Shown here: piece by piece, positions 49,654-60,424 of the stretch
Layout: each line of letters opens with the position of its first letter
Position numbering within the stretch: position 1 is the stretch's first letter
Assembly (NCBI GenBank): GCA_029776255.1
Contig: JAKOTN010000078.1
Coordinates: 1,860-65,859, forward strand
Reading direction: 5' to 3'
Length of the DNA stretch: 64,000 nucleotides
Source: Pseudomonadota bacterium
GTDB taxonomy: Bacteria; Pseudomonadota; Gammaproteobacteria; Burkholderiales; Rhodocyclaceae
Program-made: the position numbers and the translations under genes
The notes under the pieces: model-generated
What the model was told of the DNA's origin: nothing
Seen by the model: only the letters and a program-made list of their open reading frames with translations
Database searches by the model: none

Positions 49654-50544
49654 ATGAATTACGACCTGACCGACCTCCGCCTGTATATCGCTGTCGCCGA
49701 GGAACGAAACCTGACCCGCGGCGCCGAGCGGACACATCTGGCGCCCTCCTCCGCCAGCCATCGCCTACGCCTGCTCGAGGACCACATCGGCACCCGCTTG
49801 CTGGAACGGCAGGCGCGCGGCGTCGTTCCAACGCGTGCCGGCGAGGTCCTGCTGCGCCACGCCCGAAACGTTTTCGCCCAACTCGAACAAATGCACGCCG
49901 ATCTGGCGCCTTTCGCCGCCGGCGTGCGCGGCCACGTCACCCTCTGGGCCAACACCCACGCCACCCACAGTTTTCTGCCGGACGATCTGGCCCGTTTTCT
50001 GCGCGCGCATCCGCAAGTCAGCGTCACCCTGGCCGAGCACACCAGCCCGGAAATCGTTGTTGCCGTGGCGCGAGGCGAGGTGGACGTCGGCGTGGTCGCG
50101 GAACGCGTCGAGGGCGCCGAGGTGGAAATGATTCCCTATCGCGCCGACCGCCTGGTCCTGATCACGCCGGCCGCGCATCCCTTGGCGGTTCGCGCCGGCG
50201 TGCGCTTGGCCGAGGTGCTCGACCAGCCTTTCGTCATGCTGCACGCCGGCTCGGCGATTCACACCTTCACCATGAACGCCGCCGCCGCACTCGGCGGACA
50301 CATCAACGTCCGGATTCAGGTCAGGAGTTTCGAAGCGGTCTGCCGCATGGTCGGCGCCGGCGTCGGCATCGGACTGGTACCGCGCAGCGCCGTACCCAAC
50401 GGCGGCCTGCACGAACCGCCAACCATCGTCGAACTGCGCGAAAGCTGGGCGCGGCGCGACTTACAGGTCTGCGTGCGCAAGCGCGGTGGGTTGTCGGGTT
50501 TTGCCGCGGCGCTGGTCGACAGCCTGGCGCCGCCGGCTGGCTAA
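49654..50544 (+). CDS. LysR-family transcriptional regulator
   Basis: DLRLYIAVAEERNLTRGA..HL.PSSAS HTH; divergent from the DMT gene. Confidence 0.9.
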   Translation: MNYDLTDLRLYIAVAEERNLTRGAERTHLAPSSASHRLRLLEDHIGTRLLERQARGVVPTRAGEVLLRHARNVFAQLEQMHADLAPFAAGVRGHVTLWANTHATHSFLPDDLARFLRAHPQVSVTLAEHTSPEIVVAVARGEVDVGVVAERVEGAEVEMIPYRADRLVLITPAAHPLAVRAGVRLAEVLDQPFVMLHAGSAIHTFTMNAAAALGGHINVRIQVRSFEAVCRMVGAGVGIGLVPRSAVPNGGLHEPPTIVELRESWARRDLQVCVRKRGGLSGFAAALVDSLAPPAG

Positions 50545-50783
50545 ATATGGATTCCGCGGGTCCACATCGGCGCTGGGCGTTCGGCGGCGCCTTGCCACCC
50601 TCGATCCGCGCGGGAACCGCTTCGACCGCCACCCACGACCAACCAATTCCACAATCCGGCTTAAAAAGAAAAATTCCGAAAACCCTCGTATCGACCCACC
50701 GGCGAACCATAATGAAATCAACCGGGCCACCCCTGCCCGGTCATGCCGGAATCGCACATTAATTGTTTTTAGAGCAGAGGCTT

Positions 50784-52103
50784 ATGCTTTACGATGCGCC
50801 GATCGACCACGACCCTCGCCGTCACTACACCTCCGCCTGCGAGGAAAAGGAGGCGATCAACGTACTGATCGTCGATGACAGCCTGACTATTCGTTCCGAA
50901 TTGCGCAAGCACCTCGTCCGGCTGGAAAAAGTCACGGTTCTCGAAACCAGCACCTTGGCGGAAACCCGCGCGCTGCTCGACGGGCAACACCATTCCCTGT
51001 TCTGCGCCATTCTTGACCTGACCCTGGCCGACGCCAGCCGAGGCGAGATTGTCGATCTGGTACGCAGCCACGGCGTGCCGGTCATCGTCCTCACCGCCTC
51101 GATGAACCCAGAGATCCGCCGCGCGGTGCTCGAAACCCGTGTCATCGACTACATGTTCAAGAATGGCAAGAACGCCATCAAGGACGTGGCGTATCTGGTC
51201 GAGCAATTACGGCAGAACCAGACGATGAAGGTGATGATCGTCGATGATTCCATCACTTTCCGACAGCACCTCGCCGGCATGCTCGCCCAATACCGCTACC
51301 CTATTCTCCTTGCCACCAACGGTCGCGAGGCGTTGACGCTGCTCGAACAGCACCCGGACACCGCGCTGGTGCTGACCGACTACCACATGCCGGAAATGGA
51401 CGGTCTGGGGCTGGTACGCGGTATCCGGCGACGTTACCGCCGCGAGGAACTGGCGATCATCGCCCTCTCGCAAGCGCATGAAAAGGAACTCTCGGCAACC
51501 ATGCTCAAGGCCGGCGCCAACGATTTCCTGAACAAAGACTTCCAGGCCGAGGAACTGTATTGCCGCTTGGTTCAAAACACCAATATGGTGCATTTCGTCC
51601 GGCAACTGCGCGATCTGATCAATCTCGACTACCTCACGCGCCTGTACAACCGCCGCTACCTTTTTCAGGTCGCCAACCTGCTGCATGCCGAAGCCTCCGC
51701 CAGACCCGGCGTACTGGCGCTGGCGATGGTCGACGCCGATTATTTCAAGCGGATCAACGACAGCTTCGGTCACAGTGCCGGCGACGAAGCGCTCAAACAT
51801 ATCGCCACGCTGCTTCGACGCACCTTTCAACACACCGACATCATCGCCCGGTATGGCGGTGAAGAATTCGTCTGTGTCGTCACGGCGGACCGGCCGGAAG
51901 ACGCCTGGCATCGCTTCGACAAATTGCGCGAGGACATCGCGACCACCCCCTTGTCTTTCGAAGGCGCAACCATCCGGATGACGGTCAGCATCGGCCTGAC
52001 CACCGTTCTCGGCAACTCGCTCACCGAAATGATCGCGTGTGCCGACCGCGCGGTCTATCGCGCCAAGGCCGAAGGGCGAAACCGCGTGGTGCTCGAACCG
52101 TAA
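50784..52103 (+). CDS. REC-REC-GGDEF diguanylate cyclase
   Basis: two receiver domains (VLIVDD...ILDL; VMIVDD...LTDYHMP), DADYFKRINDSFGH, RYGGEEF. Confidence 0.88.
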   Translation: MLYDAPIDHDPRRHYTSACEEKEAINVLIVDDSLTIRSELRKHLVRLEKVTVLETSTLAETRALLDGQHHSLFCAILDLTLADASRGEIVDLVRSHGVPVIVLTASMNPEIRRAVLETRVIDYMFKNGKNAIKDVAYLVEQLRQNQTMKVMIVDDSITFRQHLAGMLAQYRYPILLATNGREALTLLEQHPDTALVLTDYHMPEMDGLGLVRGIRRRYRREELAIIALSQAHEKELSATMLKAGANDFLNKDFQAEELYCRLVQNTNMVHFVRQLRDLINLDYLTRLYNRRYLFQVANLLHAEASARPGVLALAMVDADYFKRINDSFGHSAGDEALKHIATLLRRTFQHTDIIARYGGEEFVCVVTADRPEDAWHRFDKLREDIATTPLSFEGATIRMTVSIGLTTVLGNSLTEMIACADRAVYRAKAEGRNRVVLEP

Positions 52104-52509
52104 ACGCGTTGCGATACGCGAAAGATCGCACCGAGGTCAGTCGCCCCCTTTCACCTCTCGCGGTCATCGCGCCGTCAACAAGCCACCGGGCTGGGTGCGT
52201 CATGCCGTGCCGGCGGCACCGCCTGAGAACCGCATCACGCATAAGCATGTCCTATCGATTGACTTCAGCACTGAAGTCTGTTAACGCAACGACTCGGGAC
52301 CGTCCATGAAAGACGGCTGGCGGAACACCCGTCGACCGCGTCATTGCGGCCACAAGTGCCAAAAATCACTGATCCATAATGGAAATAGAGAGATCATGCC
52401 CTCTCGGAAACCGGCAACCCCGCCCGCCTTTTCCATCGACGAAACAAGGCGCACAATAGCCAAGGCTTTGTCGGTCATGCTTTGATCTTCACGTCGCCAT
52501 ATTGAAAAC

Positions 52510-54342
52510 ATGAATCCTGAAGAGATTGACAAAAACCTGGTTTACGCTAAGAGCGCCATCGGTGAAGACGCCATCCTGAATAGGACACAGATCGCGCAGA
52601 GAAACCTGCGCATGGTGTTGATCCTGGTGGATGGAAATGCCACCGTCGCCGAATTGTGCGCCAAGACCGGCGATCCGCAGCGGACACGCGTCGCGCTTGC
52701 CCAGCTCGAGCGGGAAGGCTTCATCGAGCCCCGCATCGACAACAATTCCGTGTGGCCGTTGAAGAGACTGGCTCGCCGTGACACCCCTCCCAGGGAAGTA
52801 TCGGCGTTTTCAACCTATGGCACCGACGGAAGCAACCCGCCCGCGCCAATGAAAGCCACTCCGCCACCGATTGTCCCCTTTCCGGGAATGGCTAACGACG
52901 ATCTTTCAAGTTTTTCAAGACCGCGGGCGACGGCGTCGCAACGACGCGTCATCCGGGATCGGCACGCCGATCACCCCGATTCGTTTAGCACGGTCTTTGT
53001 TCCAAAAAACGAAGCCGAACGGGTCGGCGGGGTCAACCGCGGACCCACGAACATTTTCGGCCAGCCGGACACGCGCACCGGGCCGCGACAGCGGCACGAT
53101 GGCAACGGTCCGGGGAAAAGATGGCTGAAGATCGCCATCATGGGCATCGGGCTGCTCGGCGCCCTGCTGGTGTTGCTGGTGCTGTTTTTTCCCTACACGC
53201 GCTATCTGCCGAACATGGAGCGCGCCATCGAACAGGTCACCGGGCGTTCCACCCGAATTGAAAACATGCGCGTCGCTTTTTATCCGAAACCGGCGTTGCG
53301 GCTGACTAACGTCCAACTCGGTAAGGACGCCGGTGGAAGCGACATCCGTATCGGCGAGCTTCGACTGCAACCGACCATCGGCAGCCTGCTGTCGTACCGT
53401 GTGGCGATTCGCGAGATCGAACTCAGTCGCTGGACGGTTTCGGCGGAGGCCCTCGCCAGTCTGGCCAGCATTCTCGAATCGGAATCGCGAGGCAGCAAGC
53501 GACTGGAGATAAAGGAAATCGCTTTCGACCAGACCGAAATCGCCTTCGGTGGTCTTTCCCTACCCAACCTGCGCGGACAGGCCACGCTAGCGCCGACCGG
53601 GCTTCTGCAAGCGGTGTCGCTCAGCTCGCCGGACCGCAAATTCCATTTCGACGCCGCGCCGGATTCAGCCGGCTTGGCATTTCAAGTTCATGCGCTCGCC
53701 TGGCGGGCCACTGAAAATTCGCCCTATTTATTCGACTCGATCAGCCTGAAAGGGCATCTTGACAGACAAAATCTGGCGATAGAAAACATGGAATTCCGGA
53801 TTTTCGACGGCGTGGTCACTGGCAATGCACTGCTGAACGAGGCGCCGCTGGCGAAAGCGACGGGTGAAATTTCGTTCAACCGCATCGATATCGGCAGATT
53901 TTGCGAAGCGGTGGGTATTGGGCGGCCGTTTCAGGGCGACGCCAAGGGCAAATTGCGATTCTCGGCCAATCCCCTGAACGGCTCGCTGTCGCTGTCCGAT
54001 CTGAGAGCCGAAGGCGGATTCACGCTCAGTCGCGGCAGTCTGACGGTGATCGATCTTCCCGAGGCGATTCGCCGGGCCTCGGCGACACCGCGAGTCCTCG
54101 GCGGCGGCACCCGTTTCGACCAGCTGACCGGTGTCTTCAACTTCACGCCGACGAACTCGCGCTTCACGCAACTGGCGTTGTCCGCCGGACTGTTGCAAGC
54201 CACCGGCCAGCTGGACATCAGCCGGAACCAGCAACTGCGAGGCGCGATGTCGGTGACGATGGGGCGAACCACGAGCGGGCCGGTAGACATCGGTATCAGC
54301 GGTCCGCTGTCCTCGCCAAGCGTGCAAGCCATCGGCCACTAG
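52510..54342 (+). CDS. AsmA-like protein with an N-terminal helix-turn-helix-like cytoplasmic region
   Basis: LVDGNATVAEL...LAQLEREGFIE N-terminus, P/R-rich linker, one TM, beta-rich C-terminus (GTRFDQLTG, ATGQLDI). Confidence 0.55.
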   Translation: MNPEEIDKNLVYAKSAIGEDAILNRTQIAQRNLRMVLILVDGNATVAELCAKTGDPQRTRVALAQLEREGFIEPRIDNNSVWPLKRLARRDTPPREVSAFSTYGTDGSNPPAPMKATPPPIVPFPGMANDDLSSFSRPRATASQRRVIRDRHADHPDSFSTVFVPKNEAERVGGVNRGPTNIFGQPDTRTGPRQRHDGNGPGKRWLKIAIMGIGLLGALLVLLVLFFPYTRYLPNMERAIEQVTGRSTRIENMRVAFYPKPALRLTNVQLGKDAGGSDIRIGELRLQPTIGSLLSYRVAIREIELSRWTVSAEALASLASILESESRGSKRLEIKEIAFDQTEIAFGGLSLPNLRGQATLAPTGLLQAVSLSSPDRKFHFDAAPDSAGLAFQVHALAWRATENSPYLFDSISLKGHLDRQNLAIENMEFRIFDGVVTGNALLNEAPLAKATGEISFNRIDIGRFCEAVGIGRPFQGDAKGKLRFSANPLNGSLSLSDLRAEGGFTLSRGSLTVIDLPEAIRRASATPRVLGGGTRFDQLTGVFNFTPTNSRFTQLALSAGLLQATGQLDISRNQQLRGAMSVTMGRTTSGPVDIGISGPLSSPSVQAIGH

Positions 54343-54370
54343 ACGGCCCCCCGGCCGCTACCGCCAATGA

Positions 54371-54394
54371 AAACGCCGGCTCACGCCGGCGTTT
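54371..54394. terminator. hairpin between convergent genes
   Basis: AAACGCCGGC-tcac-GCCGGCGTTT 10-bp stem. Confidence 0.6.
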
Positions 54395-54424
54395 CCCGTT
54401 TCGTTCGACCAGACGAACAAATCG

Positions 54425-55627
54425 TTACAGAACGGCGGCGATGGCCTCGGCAACGTAATCGACATTGCGGTTGTTGAGCGCCGCCAAGCAAATGCGGCCG
54501 GTACTCACCGCGTAGATGCCGAACTCGTCGCGCATCCGGTCCACCTGCGCGGCGCTCAACCCGGTATAGGAAAACATGCCGCGCTGCCGGGTGACGAAGG
54601 AAAAATCCTGACGCGCGCCCTTGCCTTGCAGCTTTTCCACCAGACCGACGCGCATCGCGCGGATGCGCTGACGCATCTCGGCGAGTTCACTCTCCCACAT
54701 CTGCCGCAATTCCGGGCTGGCCAGCACCGCCGCCACCACCGCGCCGCCGTGGGTCGGCGGATTCGAATAATTGGTCCTGACCACGCGTTTGATTTGCGAC
54801 AACACCCGTGCCGATTCATCGCGACTGGCGGTCACCACGGTCAACGCACCGACACGCTCGCCATAAAGCGAGAACGATTTCGAGAACGAGCTGGCCACCA
54901 GAAACTGCAGACCGGAGGCGGCGAACAACTCGACGGCCAGCGAATCCTCGCCGATGCCGTCGGCGAAACCCTGGTAGGCGATATCGATGAACGCCACCAG
55001 ACCACGCTCGACGAAGACATCGATCAACTGACGCCACTGCGCGGCTTCCAGGTCGGCGCCGGTCGGATTATGGCAGCAGGCGTGCAGGACGACGATGGCG
55101 CCGGCTGGCAGGGTAGTCAAGTGGGCTTTCATCGCCGCGAAATCGACACCGCGCGTCGCGGGGTCGTAGTAAGGATAGGTGCTGACCGGAAAGCCGGCGA
55201 ATTCAAACAGCGCGCGGTGATTTTCCCAACTCGGATCGCTGAGGAAAACGGTCGCCTCGGGCAACAGACGCCGCAGGTAATCGGCGCCGACCTTCAACGC
55301 GCCAGTGCCGCCGAGCGCCTCGAAAGTGACCGCCCGCCCTTCGTCCAGCACGCTAGACCGCTCACCGAACAACAGTTTCTGCACCGACTGATTGTAGCCG
55401 GCAAACCCCTCGATCGGCTGATAACCCCGCGGCGGCATGGCTTCCAGTCGCGCCTTCTCGGCCTGTTTGACGGCCGCCAGCAAGGGCACCTTGCCGTTGT
55501 CGTCCAGATACACGCCAACGCCGAGATTAACTCTCGTCGAACGCGGATCGGCGTTGAAGCTTTCGGTCAGTCCGAGGATTGGATCGCGTGGAGCCATTTC
55601 CACGGCAGCGAAGATGGAAGCGGTCAT
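54425..55627 (-). CDS. aromatic/aspartate aminotransferase (AspC/TyrB family)
   Basis: APRDPILGL, VNLGVGVY, GGTGAL, HACCHNPTG, SFSKSFSLYGERVG. Confidence 0.92.
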   Translation of the reverse strand: MTASIFAAVEMAPRDPILGLTESFNADPRSTRVNLGVGVYLDDNGKVPLLAAVKQAEKARLEAMPPRGYQPIEGFAGYNQSVQKLLFGERSSVLDEGRAVTFEALGGTGALKVGADYLRRLLPEATVFLSDPSWENHRALFEFAGFPVSTYPYYDPATRGVDFAAMKAHLTTLPAGAIVVLHACCHNPTGADLEAAQWRQLIDVFVERGLVAFIDIAYQGFADGIGEDSLAVELFAASGLQFLVASSFSKSFSLYGERVGALTVVTASRDESARVLSQIKRVVRTNYSNPPTHGGAVVAAVLASPELRQMWESELAEMRQRIRAMRVGLVEKLQGKGARQDFSFVTRQRGMFSYTGLSAAQVDRMRDEFGIYAVSTGRICLAALNNRNVDYVAEAIAAVL

Positions 55628-55781
55628 GGGTGAGTCCTAAATGAGTCAGTGGGCAAATACATTCGATACCGGCCGCCGGCCCACGCCCGGCGGCAACGAA
55701 AACAACGGTTTATGTCGACGAGAGAGTGGTCGATGGCCGCGCGCGACGACGACCGGCGTTGAAACGACGTAGAATTCTAGC

Positions 55782-57842
55782 ATGACCGCTCACGCGAACT
55801 CCGCCAACCCGCCGCCCTTCGTGACCTTCGAAGGCAGCCCGTTTCGCCTCCATCAGCCTTTTTTGCCCGCCGGCGACCAGCCGGAAGCGATCGACAAATT
55901 GGTGCGTGGTCTGCGCGACGGGCTATCCTTTCAGACCCTGCTCGGAGTCACTGGTTCGGGCAAAACCTACACCATGGCCAACGTCATCGCCCGCACCGGC
56001 CGGCCGGCGCTGGTGCTGGCGCCGAACAAGACCCTGGCGGCGCAGCTCTACGCCGAGTTTCGCGAATTTTTTCCCGACAACGCCGTCGAGTATTTCGTCT
56101 CGTACTACGACTACTACCAGCCGGAAGCCTATGTGCCGGCACGCGATTTGTTCATCGAGAAAGACTCGGCGATCAACGAGCACATCGAGCAGATGCGCCT
56201 GTCGGCCACCAAGAGCCTGCTCGAACGCCGCGACTGCGTGATCGTCGCCACCGTGTCGTGCATTTACGGCATCGGCGACCGCGACGAATACCATCAGATG
56301 ATCCTCACCATGCGCGTCGGCGACCGCCTCGGCCAGCGCGAGGTGATCAAGCGTCTGGTCGAAATGCAGTACGAGCGCAACGAGACCGATTTTCATCGCG
56401 GCACTTTTCGTGTGCGCGGCGACGTCATCGACGTTTTTCCCGCCGAACACGCCGAACAGGCGGTGCGCATCGGGTTGTTCGACGATGAAATCGAGAGCCT
56501 GCAACTGTTCGACCCGCTGACCGGCCATTTGCAAAGCAAACTGCTGCGCTTCACCGTTTTTCCTTCGTCGCATTACGTCACGCCACGGGCGACGGTGTTG
56601 CGGGCCATCGAGGCGATCAAGCGGGAGATGACCGCGCGCATCGCCGCCTTCAACGCCGAAGGGCGTCTGGTCGAGGCGCAGCGTATCGAGCAACGCACCC
56701 GCTTCGATCTCGAAATGCTCGACCAGCTCGGTTTCTGCAAGGGCATCGAAAACTACTCCCGGCACCTGTCCGGCCGGCAGCCCGGCCAGCCGCCGCCAAC
56801 CTTGATCGACTACCTGGCGACCGACGCGCTGATGTTCATCGATGAATCGCACGTCGCCGTGCCGCAGGTTGGCGGCATGTACAAGGGCGACCGCTCGCGC
56901 AAGGAAAATCTGGTCAATTACGGCTTCCGCCTGCCGTCGGCGCTCGATAACCGGCCGCTGCGCTTCGAGGAATTCGAGGCGCTGCTGCGACAGACGATCT
57001 TTGTCTCGGCAACGCCGTCGGAGTACGAGGAGACCCATCAAGGCCAAGTCGTCGAGCAGGTGGTGCGGCCGACCGGATTGATCGACCCGACGCTGATCGT
57101 CCGCCCGGCATCGTCGCAGGTGGACGACCTGCTTTCCGAGATTCGCTTGCGCGTCGACCGTGGCGAACGCGTGCTGGTGACCACCCTGACCAAGCGCATG
57201 GCGGAAGATCTCACCGACTACCTTGGCGAAAACGCGGTGCGGGTGCGCTACCTGCATTCGGACATCGACACCGTCGAGCGTGTCGAAATCATCCGCGACC
57301 TGCGTCTCGGCGCTTTCGACGTGCTGGTGGGCATCAACCTGCTGCGCGAAGGTCTGGATATTCCCGAAGTCTCGCTGGTGGCGATTCTCGATGCCGACAA
57401 GGAAGGCTTCCTGCGCTCGGAGCGTTCGCTGATCCAGACCATCGGCCGCGCCGCCCGCCATCTGAACGGCACCGCCATCCTCTACGCCGACCGGATCACC
57501 GGTTCGATGCGGCGCGCCATCGCCGAAACCGAGCGCCGCCGGCAGAAACAGATCGCCTTTAACGACGCCAACGGCATCACCCCAAAAGGTGTCAGCAAGC
57601 GCATTACCGATATCATCGACGGCGTCCATCACGTTGACAGCGGGCAGAGCGAACGCAAGGCCGCGCAGCAACAAGCCAGCTATCTGGCGATGACCGAAAA
57701 GCAGCTTTCCCGCGAAATCAAGCGCCTGGAAAAGGAAATGCTCGACCACGCCAGGAATCTCGAATTCGAAAAAGCCGCCGCCGCGCGCGACGAACTGTTC
57801 CTGCTCCGCAAGCAGGTTTTCGGCGTCGACAACGCCGAATAA
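55782..57842 (+). CDS. uvrB: excinuclease ABC subunit B
   Basis: [12 protein letters not shown]-like [38 protein letters not shown]-terminal UVR domain. Confidence 0.97.
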   Translation: MTAHANSANPPPFVTFEGSPFRLHQPFLPAGDQPEAIDKLVRGLRDGLSFQTLLGVTGSGKTYTMANVIARTGRPALVLAPNKTLAAQLYAEFREFFPDNAVEYFVSYYDYYQPEAYVPARDLFIEKDSAINEHIEQMRLSATKSLLERRDCVIVATVSCIYGIGDRDEYHQMILTMRVGDRLGQREVIKRLVEMQYERNETDFHRGTFRVRGDVIDVFPAEHAEQAVRIGLFDDEIESLQLFDPLTGHLQSKLLRFTVFPSSHYVTPRATVLRAIEAIKREMTARIAAFNAEGRLVEAQRIEQRTRFDLEMLDQLGFCKGIENYSRHLSGRQPGQPPPTLIDYLATDALMFIDESHVAVPQVGGMYKGDRSRKENLVNYGFRLPSALDNRPLRFEEFEALLRQTIFVSATPSEYEETHQGQVVEQVVRPTGLIDPTLIVRPASSQVDDLLSEIRLRVDRGERVLVTTLTKRMAEDLTDYLGENAVRVRYLHSDIDTVERVEIIRDLRLGAFDVLVGINLLREGLDIPEVSLVAILDADKEGFLRSERSLIQTIGRAARHLNGTAILYADRITGSMRRAIAETERRRQKQIAFNDANGITPKGVSKRITDIIDGVHHVDSGQSERKAAQQQASYLAMTEKQLSREIKRLEKEMLDHARNLEFEKAAAARDELFLLRKQVFGVDNAE

Positions 57843-57972
57843 CGCGCCCGCCGCCGCACGGGGCCACGCGTGTCCGCGCACGCCGTCACGAGCCTTACAA
57901 TGCGGCCATCCGCCGAACGAAATGATGTATTTTTTCGGCACCGCGACAGGAAATACCCCCCCCGGGAAGGCA

Positions 57973-58386
57973 ATGAACACCAATAAATCCACCGACTTTT
58001 TCAGCAAGCCGCCAAAAACCGCGGCGACGGGTCCGCTCGGCAAAATTCTGGCCGTCGTTGGCGGCGCCGCCTTGATGGCGATTGGTTTGATGTTTTCGTT
58101 GGTCGCGCTTGCCGTGCTGCTGGTCGCCGGCGCGCTGATCGTCGCCTATTTTTATTGGCAATCCCGCCACCTGCGCCGACACCTGCAACAACAGATGGCC
58201 GACCGGATGCCCCGGCCGCCCGGGAGGAACGACGACGCCAACGCCGCCGCCAACGACGACGTGATCGAAGGCGAGGTCATCCGCGAAACCGACGACCATT
58301 CCCGGCCGACGGCGACCGTCCATCGATTGAACGTCGTGCCGTCACGCGACTCGAACCGGCACGACTCGACCGGCGATGGCGAATGA
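57973..58386 (+). CDS. small hypothetical membrane protein
   Basis: two hydrophobic segments and a DVIEGEV tail; GGAAGG RBS. Confidence 0.55.
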   Translation: MNTNKSTDFFSKPPKTAATGPLGKILAVVGGAALMAIGLMFSLVALAVLLVAGALIVAYFYWQSRHLRRHLQQQMADRMPRPPGRNDDANAAANDDVIEGEVIRETDDHSRPTATVHRLNVVPSRDSNRHDSTGDGE

Positions 58387-58491
58387 GCGTGCCCGCGCGC
58401 GTACCGCCGCGAATACGCCCCGCTGCCGTGGTTGCGCTTGTGCAATCGCCGGCAAGAACCACTCTTCCTCCCACTTCCCGACCGATCTGAA

Positions 58492-59706
58492 ATGAAAATC
58501 GCCCGCCTCGCCCTTTCCCTTTGCCTACCCTTTTGCCTGTTCGCCGCCGCGCCGAGCGGCGCCGCCGACGCGCATTTCGACGCCTGCCTGTCGTCCTTGC
58601 GCGCCGACGCGGCCGCGAAGGGCGTCTCCAACGCCGCATTCGACCGCCTGACGCGCGGCCTGACGCCGGACATGAGCGTCATCGAATTTCTCGATTACCA
58701 ACCGGAGTTCCGCACCCCAATCTGGGATTACCTCGCCAGCCTGGTGGATGACGAACGCGTCGCCGACGGCCAGGCCCTGCGGGAAAAATGGGCCGCGTCC
58801 CTCGCCGCCGCCGCCGACCGCTACCAGGTCGACCCAGCGACGGTGATCGCCATCTGGGGTGTCGAGAGCAACTACGGACGCAATTTCGGTAAGCGGCCCT
58901 TGCTCACTTCGTTGGGCACCCTGTCGTGTTTCGGGCGACGGCAGGCGTATTTTCGCGGCGAGTTCCTGAGCACCCTGAAAATTCTCGATGCCGGCGATAT
59001 CGCTCCCGAGCGTCTGGTCGGCTCCTGGGCCGGCGCCTTCGGCCACACGCAGTTCATGCCCTCCACCTTCCTGCGTCTGGCCGTCGACGGCGACGGCGAC
59101 GGCAAGCGCGACCTGATGGACAGCGTTCCAGACGCGCTGGCCTCGACCGCCAACTTCCTGCGCAAGGCCGGCTGGCGCAAGGGCGAGCCCTGGGGTTACG
59201 AGGTATCGCTGCCGGCCGGTTTCGACAGCAGCGGCGCCGGTCGCCGCAACAAGCAGCCGCTGTCGCAGTGGGCGGCGCGCGGCGTCCGGCGCGCCGACGG
59301 GCAAGCGCTGGCCGCTTCGAACGCCGCCGCCGGCCTGCTGCTGCCGGCCGGCCCGAAAGGCCCGGCTTTCCTGGTGTTCACCAATTTCGACGCGATCTAC
59401 GGCTACAACGCCGCCGAAAGCTATGCGCTGGCCATCGCCCTGCTCGCCGACCGGTTGCAAGGCGGCAAGGCGCTGGTCACGCCGTGGCCGACCGACGACC
59501 CTGGATTATCGCGGCAGGAGCGCCGCGAAGTGCAGACGCTGCTCGCCGCCCGAGGCTACCCGATCGGCGAAATCGACGGCATGATCGGCAGCAACTCGCG
59601 GCAAGCCATCGAAGCCGAGCAAAAACGACTTGGGATGCCGGTGAACGGCCGCCCCGGCCAGAAATTGCTGGCGGCCCTGCGTTCGGCGGCGCCGGCCGGC
59701 AAGTAG
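58492..59706 (+). CDS. lytic murein transglycosylase (MltB/Slt35 type) with peptidoglycan-binding domain
   Basis: YQPEF, AIWGVESNYG, GSWAGAFGHTQFMPS, DALASTANFL, YN.AESYALA. Confidence 0.9.
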   Translation: MKIARLALSLCLPFCLFAAAPSGAADAHFDACLSSLRADAAAKGVSNAAFDRLTRGLTPDMSVIEFLDYQPEFRTPIWDYLASLVDDERVADGQALREKWAASLAAAADRYQVDPATVIAIWGVESNYGRNFGKRPLLTSLGTLSCFGRRQAYFRGEFLSTLKILDAGDIAPERLVGSWAGAFGHTQFMPSTFLRLAVDGDGDGKRDLMDSVPDALASTANFLRKAGWRKGEPWGYEVSLPAGFDSSGAGRRNKQPLSQWAARGVRRADGQALAASNAAAGLLLPAGPKGPAFLVFTNFDAIYGYNAAESYALAIALLADRLQGGKALVTPWPTDDPGLSRQERREVQTLLAARGYPIGEIDGMIGSNSRQAIEAEQKRLGMPVNGRPGQKLLAALRSAAPAGK

Positions 59707-59761
59707 ACACCATGGCAAACCCGCCGCCGCTGGCGAGTCAGGCTCACCGACGCCCGAGGCG

Positions 59762-60420
<659 letters not shown>

Positions 60421-60424
<4 letters not shown>

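Noticed and set aside
55923-58043. 706-aa minus-strand ORF
   Set aside because: Antisense shadow of uvrB.
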